The position numbers and the translations under genes are program-made. From assembly GCA_002269645.1 (NCBI GenBank), contig NIVC01002123.1:138706-202705 (forward strand): a DNA stretch of 64,000 nt. Reading direction: 5' to 3'. This DNA comes from Macrostomum lignano. Its lineage: Eukaryota. Positions within the stretch are counted from its first letter, which is position 1. Each line of letters begins with the position of its first letter. The notes beneath the pieces are model-generated. The model was not told where the DNA came from. It was given only the letters and a program-made list of their open reading frames with translations, and did not search any database. Shown piece after piece: positions 50,633 through 62,700 of the stretch.

Positions 50633-53600
50633 ATGACCACCAAGCTGTTCGGCAAGGACCTGAAGGAGTACGAGGACATCGATGTTGACGAGCTGCTAGC
50701 CAAGCTCACGCCGGAGGAGATTGACGAGCTTAACAGCGAGTTGGACCCCGACAACTCCCTGCTGCCGCCCTCGCAGCGCTGCCGCAACCAGACTGACAAA
50801 GAGCCGACTGGACCGTTCGACCGGGACCGGCTCATTAAATTCTTGCGCGACCAGGCAGCCAAAGAGAAGGACTGGGAAGAGGCTGTGCCGTACGAGAAGA
50901 AGACCCGGGGCAAAGTGTTCGTGCCCAAGGAGCAGTCGGTCAAAGCGTTCAGCGATCAGGATCTGGCCGATATGGGACTCGATCCCGAGACTGAGGACGT
51001 CCTGCGCAACGCCAGCGAAGAGGAGATCGTTGATCTGGCCGCAGCTCTGGGCTTCAGCAGCATCATGAATCAGGTTGGCGATCTGGGAGATCGATAGGGG
51101 GATTGGAGATCTAGATGAGATCTAGAGGGAGGAAGGAGATCTAGAGGGAGAGAGGAGATCTAGAGGAAGATAGAGAGGGGATCTAGAGGAAGATAGGGAG
51201 GGGATCTAGAGGGAAAGAGGAAATCTGGAGGGAAAAAGAAAATCTAGACTTTAAAAGGGATAGTGGAGATCCAGAGGGAGAGAGGAGATCTAGAGGGAGA
51301 GAAAAGATCTAGGAGAGAGGAGATCTAGAGGAGAGAGATCTAGAGGGAGAGAGGAGATCTAGAGGAGAGAGATCTAGAGGGAGAGAGAAGATCTAGACTT
51401 TTAGAGGAATAGAGGAGATCCAGAGGGAAAGTGGAGATCTAGAGGGAGAGAGGAGATCTAGAGGGAGAGAGAAGATCTAGAGGAGAGAGATGTAGAGGAA
51501 GAGAGGAGATCTAGAGGGAGAGAGAAGATCTAGAGGAGAGAGATCTAGAGGAAGAGAGGAGATCTAGAGGAAGAGAGGAGATCTAGAGGAGAGAGATCTA
51601 GAGGAAGAGAGGAGATCTAGAGGGAGAGAGGAGATTTAAAGGGAGAGAGGAGATTTAGAGGGAGAGAGGAGATTTAGAAGGAGAGAGGAGATCTAGAGGG
51701 AGGTTGGAGATCTAGAAGGAGAGAGGAGATCTAGAGGAAGAGAGATCTAGAGGGAGAGAGGAGATCTAGAGGAAGAGAGGAGATCTAGAGGGAGAGAGGA
51801 GATTTAGAAGGAGAGAGGAGATCTAGAGGGAGGTTGGAGATCTAGAAGGAGAGAGGAGATCTAGAGGGAGAGAGGAGATCTAGAGGGAGAGAGAAGATCT
51901 AGAGGAGAGAGATCTAGAGGAAGAGAGGAGATCTAGAGGAAGAGAGGAGATCTAGAGGGAGAGAGGAGATCTAGAGGAGAGAGATCTAGAGGAAGAGAGG
52001 AGATCTAGAGGGAGGTTGGAGATCTAGAGGGAGAGAGGAGATCTAGAGGAGAGAGATCTAGAGGGAGAGAGGAGATTTAGAGGAGAGAGATCTAGAGGGA
52101 GAGAGGAGATCTAGAAGGAGAGAGGAGATCTAGAGGAGAGAGATCTAGAGGGAGAGAGGAGATTTAGAAGGAGAGAGGAGATCTAGAGGGAGGTTGGAGA
52201 TCTAGAAGGAGAGAGGAGATCTAGAGGAAGAGAGATCTAGAGGGAGAGAGGAGATCTAGAGGGAGGTTGGAGATCTAGAAGGAGAGAGGAGATCTAGAGG
52301 GAGGTTGGAGATCTAGAGGGAGAGAGGAGATCTAGAGGGAGAGAGGAGATCTAGAGGAAGAGAGGAGATCAAGAGGGAGGTTGGAGATCTAGAGGGAGAG
52401 AGGTGATCTAGAGGAAGAGAGGAGATCAAGAGGGAGGTTGGAGATCTAGAGGGAGAGAGGAGATCTAGAAGGAGAGAGGAGATCTAGAGGGAGGTTGGAG
52501 ATCTAGAGGGAGAGATGATCTAGAGGAAGATCTAGAAGGAGAGAGGAGATCTAGAGGAAGAGAGATCTAGAGAAAGATTGGAAATCTAGAGGGAGCTAGG
52601 AGATCTAGAGGCAGATTGGAAATCTGAAGAAAGATAGCAAATCTGGAAGAAAACGAGGGCGGAGTATAGAAAGAGGCTACGAGATAGCGGTGGAGAAGCA
52701 GGAAGCAGGAGTTCCTCCTAAGAGCGCGCTGCCAACCCAGTGTTTGGGTAATAATTAAGCTAAAATGCCAGGTTATTGTGCCTAGGAATGCTGAGTCAGA
52801 AGCAAGCTAATAACATTTCACATGCAGCCCTCTTCAAGGGCAACTGAAATCTGTGCAGATTGAATTCAGTCAATGCAAATAGTCAATTCAGTATGTTTCC
52901 ATTTGTAAGTGTGTGAAAGTAAATAGTTGGCGAGGAGTTGGTCTGGCACAATTTAAACATTGCATACACAGTTTTTGATATACACAGTTCGTTTGCACAA
53001 ACAACTATGGGTGTGCAAGAGCTTTTTTTAATCCTATAGGTTTTTAATTCTAAATAGGTTTTTTAGACTAACGAAGCGTTAGATTTTGAAGCCTATTATA
53101 AGTGTGAATCCCATAAATTTCACAGATCCTATAATGCCACGAATTTCACAGATCCCAATAATCCCATCAATTTCTTAGATAACATATCAGAATCCCATAA
53201 ATTTCACAGATCCGATCCAAAATCCCATAAATTTCTCAGATCCCATCCAAAATCCCATAAATTTCACAGATCCCATCAAAAATCCAATAAATTTCTCAGA
53301 TCCCATCCAAAATCCCATAAATTTCACAGATCCCATCAAAAATCCAATAAATTTCTCAGATCCCATCCAAAATCCCATAAATTTCACAGATCCCATTTAA
53401 AATCCCATAAATTTCTCAGATCCAATAAAAAATCCCATAAATTTCTCAGATCCCAAATCCCATAAATTTCATATGCACTAAGCTCCCATCTGAACCTCCG
53501 CTGCCGTCTCCCCCGCCGCAGGTCCAGTACTGGGACTCTGTGAAAAACTCCGGCCAAAGCCTGGAAGGCGGCTTCACCGCCACGGCCAAGTCCGAGCTCA

Positions 53601-55248
53601 TCAAAGCCATGGCCGACGAGCCGCCAAACCCAACTGACTTGAACGACAGCATCAGGCGGCTGGAGTCTGACGCAGCCGATCTGCAGGATTTGAATCTGAA
53701 TAATCTGCGCGAAATCTCCGGCCAGGACTGGGACCGTCTGTGGACTGCGCTGGGCAAAAACACCAAGCTGAAAAAGCTGCAGGCTGCCAACTGCGGACTC
53801 ACCGATGCTAAGGTGGCTCAATTGTTGCTGTGCTTTTTCATTTCCTAGCATTAGTCTTTTGATGTCATTATCTGTAATCACCTGTCATCATCAGTCATCA
53901 CCTTTCATCATCTGTAATCACCTGTCATCACTTGTCATCATCTGTCATCACCTCTCATCACCTGTCATCACCTGTCAACATCTGTAATTATCTGTAATCA
54001 TCTGTCATAATCTGTAATTCCCTATAATCACATGTCATTATCTGTAATCACCTGTCATCATCAGTCATCACCTGTCCTCTATAATCACTTGTCATAACCT
54101 TTCATAACCTTTCATCATCTGTAATCACCTGTCATCACTTGTCATCACCTGTAATCACCTGTCCTCATCTGTCATCATCTGTATTCACCTGTCATCATCT
54201 GTCATCACCTGTCATCATCTGTCATCACCTTTCATCATCTGTCATCACCTGTCAACATCTGTCATCATCTGTTATCATCTGTAATTCCCTATAATCACAT
54301 GTCATCATCTGTCATCACCTGTCAACTGTAATTCTCTGTAATCACATGTCATTATCTGTAATCACCTGTCATCGTCAATCATCACCAGTCATCTATAATC
54401 ACATGTCATCATCTGTCATTATCTGTAATCACCTGTCATTATCTGTAATCACCTGTCATTATCTGTAATTATCTGTCATCACCTGTCATCATCTGTCATC
54501 ACCTGTCATCACCTGTAATCATCTGTCATCACATGTAATCATCTGTCATCACCTGTAATCACTTGTCATCATCTGTAATCATCTGTCATCACCTGTCATC
54601 CTGTAGTTACCTGTCATCTGTCATCACCTGTAATCTTTTGTCATCACCTGTAATCATCTGTCATCACCTGTAATCACTTGTCATCATCTGTAATCATCTG
54701 TCATCACCTGTAATCACTTGTCATCATCTGTAATCATCTGTCATCATCTGTCATCACCTGTCATCCTGTAGTTACCTGTCATCTGTCATCACCTGTAATC
54801 TTCTGTCATCACCTGTAATCTTCTGTCATCACCTGTAATCATCTATCATCTTCTGTAATCACCTGTCATCACCTGTCATCACCTGTCATCACCTGTAATC
54901 ACCTGTAATCTGTCACCCTACCAGGCCGCCGGGCTCCTCACCGCCCTGGAGACCAACAAGACCCTGGAGACGCTCTGCTTGGACTCCAACATCCTGACCG
55001 GGCCGTACATTGTTAAACTATTCTCCGCCATTGGTAACCAAGGACGCATTCGCGAATTGCGCCTTAGTAACCAGCGCCAGCGAGTATTCGGTGTCCAAAT
55101 TGAGATGGAGATTCTCCGTCTGGTTGGGGAGAATGAAACCCTAATCCGCCTGGGCATCGATCTGCAGATTGCCGAGGCCAAGGTTCGAGTTCAGGACCGC
55201 GTCCAGCGCAATATGGACAAGGCCACGAGGCTGGCGAGGGCTTCGTAA
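50633..55248 (+). CDS. TMOD: Tropomodulin; join(50633..51073,53522..53812,54925..55248), 351 aa
   Basis: EDIDVDELLAKLTPEEIDEL, DPDNSLLPPSQR, TGPFDRDRL, PPNPTD, LRR cap (LQDLNLNNL, LETLCLDSN, LRLSNQ) and RNMDK terminus; phase-0 GT/AG introns give 1056 bp in frame. Confidence 0.95.
51095..52630. repeat. Purine-rich about 20-bp minisatellite (GAGAGAGGAGATCTAGAGG) in TMOD intron 1
   Basis: Direct reading. Confidence 0.95.
53105..53470. repeat. 30-bp minisatellite (AATCCCATAAATTTCWCAGATCCCATCCAA) at the 3' end of TMOD intron 1
   Basis: Period 30 at 53221. Confidence 0.93.
53870..54915. repeat. 10-bp minisatellite (TCATCACCTG / TAATCACCTG / TCATCATCTG) filling TMOD intron 2
   Basis: Direct reading; runs to within about 10 bp of the acceptor. 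Confidence 0.94.
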
Positions 55249-55948
55249 TATCAGTCGTATTTCATAATGATTTTTATTATTATTGATTAACAATTTTTTA
55301 ACCAAGTAAAAGTTATAAAAGAGATTTTTCTGAGACATTTTTATCGGAACCAAGGACTCCAGACGGGCGCAGTTGGACTGGTTGTTAGGGTTCAGGGATC
55401 CTTGAATCAATCCTTACGAACCTGTTGCATACCCCCCACACAATCTGATTAAAGGGCTGCTTAAACTTCAATTCGTTTGCTGAATGCATCAATTGGCAAT
55501 ACAAATTATTTTATATTTACATTATTTATTCGTTAAACAGTGTGATTTGCCCTTTATAGTTACTGTGTACTCGCTAGCGTGTGTACCTGGCATCGGCCAT
55601 TTAACTAACCTGCTAAATATGCTTGGCTTCTTCTAGCGATCGAATTGTTAATTATTAGTAAATTAGCAATTATTATTATTAATATTCATATAACATTAGC
55701 CATTATTGAAATTTTACCTGCCGTATATTTTATCTGTAATTGACAATCATTGTCAATTATTTCGTTATAATGCAATTGAGTTGCAAACAGCTCACTAGCA
55801 ACTCCAGCGACTAGTTTTACTACTCAGACGGCTCGCAAGAGCATCGCGTGACTTGTAGAATCGTAAAAAAGTTGCGATAGAGTCATCCAAGATTTGTTGT
55901 GGTTGCGTGGCTGTTTTGTGTTCTGGAGGCTTGCGAGGATCGCTGGAG

Positions 55949-56684
55949 GGGGGGTTTCACAAACTCGAAATTTCACAACGTCGAAAGCACCTTCTTTCAC
56001 AAGGTCGAAATTTCACAAGATCGAAATTTCATAACGTCGAAAACTCAAATAGCAACCACTTTAACAAAATCGAAATTTCATAACGTCGAAAACTCATTAG
56101 CAACCACTTTCACAAAATCGAAATTTCATAACGTCGAAAACTCATTAGCAACCACTTTCACAAAATCGAAATTTCATAACGTCGAAAACTCATTAGCAAC
56201 CACTTTCACAAAATCGAAATTTCATAACGTCGAAAACTCATTAGCAACCACTTTCACAAAATCGAAATTTCATAACGTCGAAAACTCATTAGCAACCACT
56301 TTCACAAAATCGAAATTTCATAACGTCGAAAACTCATTAGCAACCACTTTCACAAAATCGAAATTTCATAACGTCGAAAACTCATTAGCAACCACTTTCA
56401 CAAAATCGAAATTTCATAACGTCGAAAACTCAAATAGCAACCACTTTCACTAGGTCGAAACTTTACAAGATCGAAATTTCACAACATCGAAAACTTTAGC
56501 AAGGGACTTCATAAGGTCGAAATTTCAAAACGTAGAAAACTACTGTATGGTTCTTGTTATATTAAATTTTCGACGTGAAATTTCGAGCTTATGAAGTTTC
56601 GACCTTGTGAAAGTGGCTGCTATTTGAGTTTTCTACGTTGTGAAATTTCGACCTTGTGAAATTTGGACCTTGTGAAAGCACCCC
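55949..56684. mobile_element. 736-bp foldback-like non-autonomous element with a one-sided 48-bp tandem array
   Basis: G-rich termini GGGGGGTTTCACAA / TTGTGAAAGCACCCC; 8-bp TSD CGCTGGAG at 55941-55948 and 56685-56692; inverted TCGAAATTTCACAA submodules. Confidence 0.8.
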
Positions 56685-57369
56685 CGCTGGAGCACCCGAG
56701 ATCAGGCAACACAGATTTCGTCGATTCTTTAGTAGTCCTTGAGTCCTTCATTAACTCAGTCCCAGTGACAGCTTGCTGAGGTTGCTGAGTTGTGCTCAAT
56801 TACTTGCCTTATATGGAAAGTTGAAGCGGGCTCGACCGGCCGAAGTTTCTAGCCTTGCTCTCTTCTCAATAGGGGGTCGCCTTTTTCATGTCAGTCATGT
56901 GACGCTAGAAAAGAAAAAGCAGAATTGTCTCCGAAAGAGAGACAGAAACTGCTTTGAAATGCTAATTTGGTCATTTGCAGTGTTTTACGCCTAACAATTG
57001 TTTATTATCTAGCTAGCGTTTTATGCTGCGCAATGTTCTTTTTTCATTTCTTTGTCAACTGAACCCAGCCATCCCTTACTGTAGTTTCTCTGTCCTCACG
57101 AAGTCGAGTTCAAATATATTCGCAAATTTATATAAAACAAAATGTTACTCGAAAGCTTCTAAACGCAAAATATTGACTCTCAAATTTGCTAATCCTTCAG
57201 GTGTGCGTTTTCCATCTTTTGTTTATTTTTTATTTCATTTATACGCGTTTTTGACTACTAAGAGTAGAGAAATTTGGATTTTATCAAAGAAAACTATGGA
57301 GTATGGCGCAAAGTTACTGTTTTGAACCGCTTATAGACTTTTTCTACTGCTGACACCTTATTTCTCACT

Positions 57370-58266
57370 CTGACATCCCTATCTGATGCTCCTGACATCC
57401 CTATCTGTTGCTCCTGACAACCCTTTCTGATGCTCCTGACATCCCTATCTGTTGCTCCTGACATCCCTATCTGTTGCTCCTGACATCTCTATCTGATGCT
57501 CCTGACATCCCTATCCATGATGCTCCTGACAACCCTTTCTGATGCTCCTGACATCCCTATCTGTTGCTCCTGACATCTCTATCTGATGCTCCTGACATCC
57601 CTATCCATGATGCTCCTGACAACCCTTTTCTGATGCTCCTGACATCCCTATCTGTTGCTCCTTACATCTCTTTCTGATGCTCCTGACATCCCTATCCATG
57701 ATGCTCCTGACAACCCTTTCTGATGCTCCTAACATCCCTATCTGATGCTCCTGACAACCCTATCCATGATGCTCCTGACACCCCTTTCTGATGCTCCTGA
57801 CACCCCAATCTGATGCTCCTGACACCCCAATCTGATGCTTCTGACACTCCCATCTGATGCTGCTGACACCCCTATCTGATGCTCCTGACATCCCTATCTG
57901 ATGCTCCTGACACCCTTATCTGATGCTCCTGACACCCTATCTGATGCTCCTGACATCCCTATCTGATGCTCCTGACATCCCTATCTGATGCTCCTGGCAT
58001 TCCTATCTGATGCTCCTGAAATCCCTATCTGATGCTCCTGGCATTCCTATCTGATGCTCCGGACATCCCTATCTGATGCTCCTGACATCCCTATCTGATG
58101 CTCCTGACATCCCTATCTGATGCTCCTGACATCCCTATCTGATGCTCCTGGCATTCCTATCTGATGCTCCTGACACTCCTATCTGATGCTCCTGACACCC
58201 CTATCTGTTGCTCCTGACACCCCTATCTGATGCTTCTGACACTCCTATCTGATGCTGCTGACACCC
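57370..58266. repeat. 22-bp minisatellite (CTGATGCTCCTGACATCCCTAT)
   Basis: Direct reading. Confidence 0.95.
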
Positions 58267-58675
58267 CACGAGAAAAAAATCGCTCCAACTGCAAATGTTA
58301 CCGGCGCTTTGAAGAGCCATATCGGATATTTTATGGCTGTGTGAACTGCATATTTAACGAGTATACTGGTCGGATAGGTTTTAGTGTTTTTCCGGGCCTA
58401 TAAACCTGCAATCCAATCTGGTAGTTTATGAAATGTACAAGATGTACTTCTCTTTAAATGACCTGTCAATCACAGAAAAATTTCAACGTGTACTGCAGTA
58501 ATGTACAGATTTTCTTAACGCACACAACTAGTCAAGAGTGTATTAGACAGTATTAGATAATTAGCAAGTCATTTTTATTCTAAATTGTAAGCTTAAATTG
58601 TAAACTTTATTGCATAGCACGATAAATGTTAATAAATGAACGCTTAGATTAAAAAAATTTGTGGCCCGAGGTTAG

Positions 58676-59715
58676 GGCTCCCAGATCGGCGCCCTCAGAC
58701 AGACTAGCGCCCCCAGATCGGCGCTCCCAGACTAGCGCCCTCAGACTAGCAAACCCCATACTAGCAACCCCCGACTAGCGCCCTCGGACTAGCGCCCCCA
58801 GACTAGCGCCCTCAGACTAGCAAACCCCATACTAGCAACCCCCGACTAGCGCCCTCGGACTAGCGCCCCCAGACTAGCGCCCTCAGACTAGCAAACCCCA
58901 TACTAGCAACCCCCGACTAGCGCCCTCGGACTAGCGCCCCCAGACTAGCGCCCTCAGACTAGCAAACCCCATACTAGCAACCCCCGACTAGCGCCCAAGA
59001 CTATAGCGCCCCTCCGACAAGCGCCCCCAGACTAGCGCCCCAGATAGGCGCCCTCAGGCAAGCGCCCCAGAGTAGCGCTACCAGACTAACGCTCCCAGAC
59101 TAGCGCTCACAGACTAGCGCTCACAGACTAGCGCTCCCAGACTATAGCGCCCCCAGACTAGCGCCCCAGATAGGCGCCCTCAGACAAGCGCCCCCAGACT
59201 AGCGCCCCAGATAGGCGCCCTCAGACTAGCGCCCCCAGACTAGCGCTCCCAGACTAGCGCCCCCAGACTAGCGCCCCAGATAGGCGCCCTCAGGCAAGCG
59301 CCCCCAGAGTAGCGCTACCAGACTAGCGCTCACAGACTAGCGCTACCAGACTAGCGCCCCCAGACTAGTGCCCTAGATAGGCGCCCTCAGACAAGCGCCT
59401 CCAGACTAGCGCCCAGGATAGGCGCCCTCAGACAAGCGCCCCCAGAGTAGCGCCCCCAGACTAGCGCCCCCAGACTAACGCTCCCAGACTATAGCGCTCC
59501 CAGACTATAGCGCCCCCAGACTAGCGCCCCCAGACTAGCGCCCCCAGAGTAGCGCTACCAGACTAGCGCTCCCAGACTAGCGCCCCCAGAGTAGCGCTCC
59601 CGGACTAGCGCTCCCAGACTAGCGCCCCCAGACTAGCGCTCACAGACAAGCGCCCCCAGACTAGCGCCCCCAGATCAGCGCCCAAGATCACGCCCTTAAA
59701 TCAGCGCCCCCAGTC
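58676..59715. repeat. About 14-bp minisatellite (AGACTAGCGCCCCC) with a 71-bp higher-order unit repeated about 4 times
   Basis: TCAGACTAGCAAACCCC recurs at 58741, 58812 and 58883. Confidence 0.94.
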
Positions 59716-59747
59716 TATAGCGCCAATCATCGAGGCGCACTGCAGCG

Positions 59748-62700
59748 TCAGAGCGCACTGTTGAAGCACTCAGCCGTCAGCTTCTCACAGCTCGGAGCGG
59801 TCAGCAGCACCGCGGTCCAAAAGGTGGCCACGAACAGAGTCCACCACACTGGCAGCACAATCATCGCCAGCAGGCTGCACCCGTTACGCTGTCGTCCCGG
59901 GTTCGAACCGCGACGATTTCGCTGTCGCCGCCGCTGCCGGTGTCGCTGTTGCTGCTGCTGCAGCTGCAGCTGCTGCCGGTCTGCTGCCGTCAGCCTCGCT
60001 GTTGACGCCTGCGGCATGTGCGGCTGCGGCGGGAGCGGCTCCGCCAGGCCGAACAGGTCCAGGTTGTCGAGGACTCCGTGATGGCCGTGCACTTTGAGGA
60101 CCTCGGTCCTTCTGGTAAATCATCGTCTGTGGAAGCATTGTCATTGAGAGGTTCTGCTTTGAGAAAGTCTAATCTGACACATTGTCCCGCCTGACACCAA
60201 CCACATCTGACACCAACCAAGTCTGACACCAACCACATCTGACACCAACCACATCTGACACCAACTACATCTGACACCAACCACATCTGACACCAACTAC
60301 ATCTGACACCAACCACATCTGACACCAACCACATCTGACACCAACCACATCTGACACCAACCACATCTGACACCAACCACATCTGACACCAACCACATCT
60401 GACACCAACCACATCTGACACCAACCACATCTGACACCAACCACATCTGACACTAACCCTATCTGAAACTAACCCTATCTGAAACTAACCCTATCTGACA
60501 CCAACCACATCCGACACTAACCACATCTGACACCAACCACAACTGACACCAACTACATCTGACACTAACCCTATCTGAAACTAACCCTATCTGAAACTAA
60601 CCCTATCTGAAACTAACCCTATCTGACACCAACCACATCTGACACCAACCACATCTGACACCAACCACATCCGACACTAACCACATCTGACACCAACCAC
60701 ATCTGACACCAACCACATCTGACACCAACCACATCCGACACTAACCCTATCTGACACCAACCACATCTGACACCAACCACATCTGACACCAACCACATCT
60801 GACACCAACCACATCCGACACTAACCACATCTGACACCAACCACATCTGACACCAACCACAACTGACACCAACCACATCTGACACTAACCCTATCTGACA
60901 CCAACCACATCTGACACGAACCACATCTGACACTAACCCTATCTGAAACTAACCCTATCTGACACTAACCACATCTGACACCAACCACATCTGACACCAA
61001 CCACAACTGACACCAACCACATCTGACACTAACCCTATCTGACACCAACCACATCTGACACGAACCACATCTGACACTAACCCTATCTGAAACTAACCCT
61101 ATCTGACACCAACCACATCTGACACCAACCACATCTGACACCAACCACAACTGACACCAACCACATCTGACACTAACCCTATCTGACACCAACCACATCT
61201 GACACTAACCCTATCTGACACCAACCATAGGGGGCCGTAGCCCAGCGGTAGCGCAGCTGCTCTGGTGTGCCAGCGACCCAGGCTTGATTCCAAGTGCAGT
61301 CACATTAATTTGGGGCTGAATTGGAATCTCGGCTTGGCTCTGCTCGTGCAATTAACGGCCTTGAGAGCCAACCCCCCAAGGCGCAGTGAAGTGTACATGC
61401 CTAACGATATTATAAAGTTAGGGCCGCTGTACACTCCTGTGTGAGTGTGTGCCTGCGTACGTATCCGCGCGCTTGTATGCCTGCTCAGGGGAGTCGGCGG
61501 AATGGGCAGTAATGCCTCTCGCCGGTTGTGTGCCTATGTCGCTTAAAGTGCGCCAGGGTGCACACAACCCCCTGCCTCTAAAAAAAAAAAGACACCAACC
61601 ACATCTGAAACTAACCACATCTGACACCAACCACAACTGACACCAACCACATCTGACACTAACCCTATCTGACACTAACCCTATCTGACACTAACCCTAT
61701 CTGACACTAACCCTATCTGACACTAACCCTTATCTGACACTAACCCTATCTGACACTAACCCTTATCTGACACTAACCCTATCTGACACTAACCCTATCT
61801 GACACTAACCCTATCTGACACTAACCCTATCTGACACTAAGCCCTCCTGACAACTCACCCCATTGTAGCTGTGCTTGGCCGATCTCGGCAGCTGCAGCGG
61901 ATCCTCAGCAGCCGCAACCTCATCAAGCAGCTCCTCGTCCCCGGGCTCGTTGGACTTCTTGGCCAGTGCGGCCATCAGGCAGCAGCAGATCACGAAGGTG
62001 CACATGGCGTACCAGATGTCCATGGCGTTCACGTAGTGACCAGCCGGCGACCAGTTGAAGATGAGGATGTGCAGCAGGGCCAGGTTGATGAACAGTCGAG
62101 TTGTGCGATCGAAAAAGTACACAGTGGTGAGCGACAGCAGCACCATGATGAAGGACAAGCCGTACTGCCTGACAGCCGGCAGCATCTCATCCAAGCCGGT
62201 CCTGATGCAGATCCGGGTCCAGAACTGGAACTTGCGGCCTGCGACATTGCCAGGGGTAATCGTTTTTGACACTACGTTATTTACTACTCAATAAACAACT
62301 CAGTAAACTGCTCATTAAACTACTCAATAAACTACTCAGTAAAATTCTCAATAAACTGCTCAACAAAACTACTTTATAAACTGCTCAATAAATTGCTCAA
62401 CAAACTACTCAATAAGCTACTCAATAAACTTCTCAATAAACTGCTCAATAAACTACTTAATAAACTGCTCAATAAACTGCTCAACAAACTACTCAACAAA
62501 CTACTCAATGAACTACTCAATAAACTCAATAAACTACTCAATAAACTCAATAAACTACTCAATATACTGCTCAACGAACTACTCAATAAACTACTCAATA
62601 AACTACTCAACAAACTACTCAATAAACTACTCAATGAACTACTCAACAAACTACTCAATAAACTACTCAATGAACTACTCAACAAACTACTCAATAAACT

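Noticed and set aside
56700-57330. Possible decayed CR1/L2 3' end on the minus strand (FFSSVT..W...P-like)
   Set aside because: Only one weak motif with stops; insufficient to call.
59884-60190. Ala-rich alternative frame as the channel's last exon
   Set aside because: Stops just before M4 and has poorer GC3 than the Gln/Arg-rich frame that contains M4.
61230-61295. Functional tRNA gene
   Set aside because: A/B boxes are present but there is no complete cloverleaf or acceptor stem, and it continues into a repeated body with poly(A): a SINE head.
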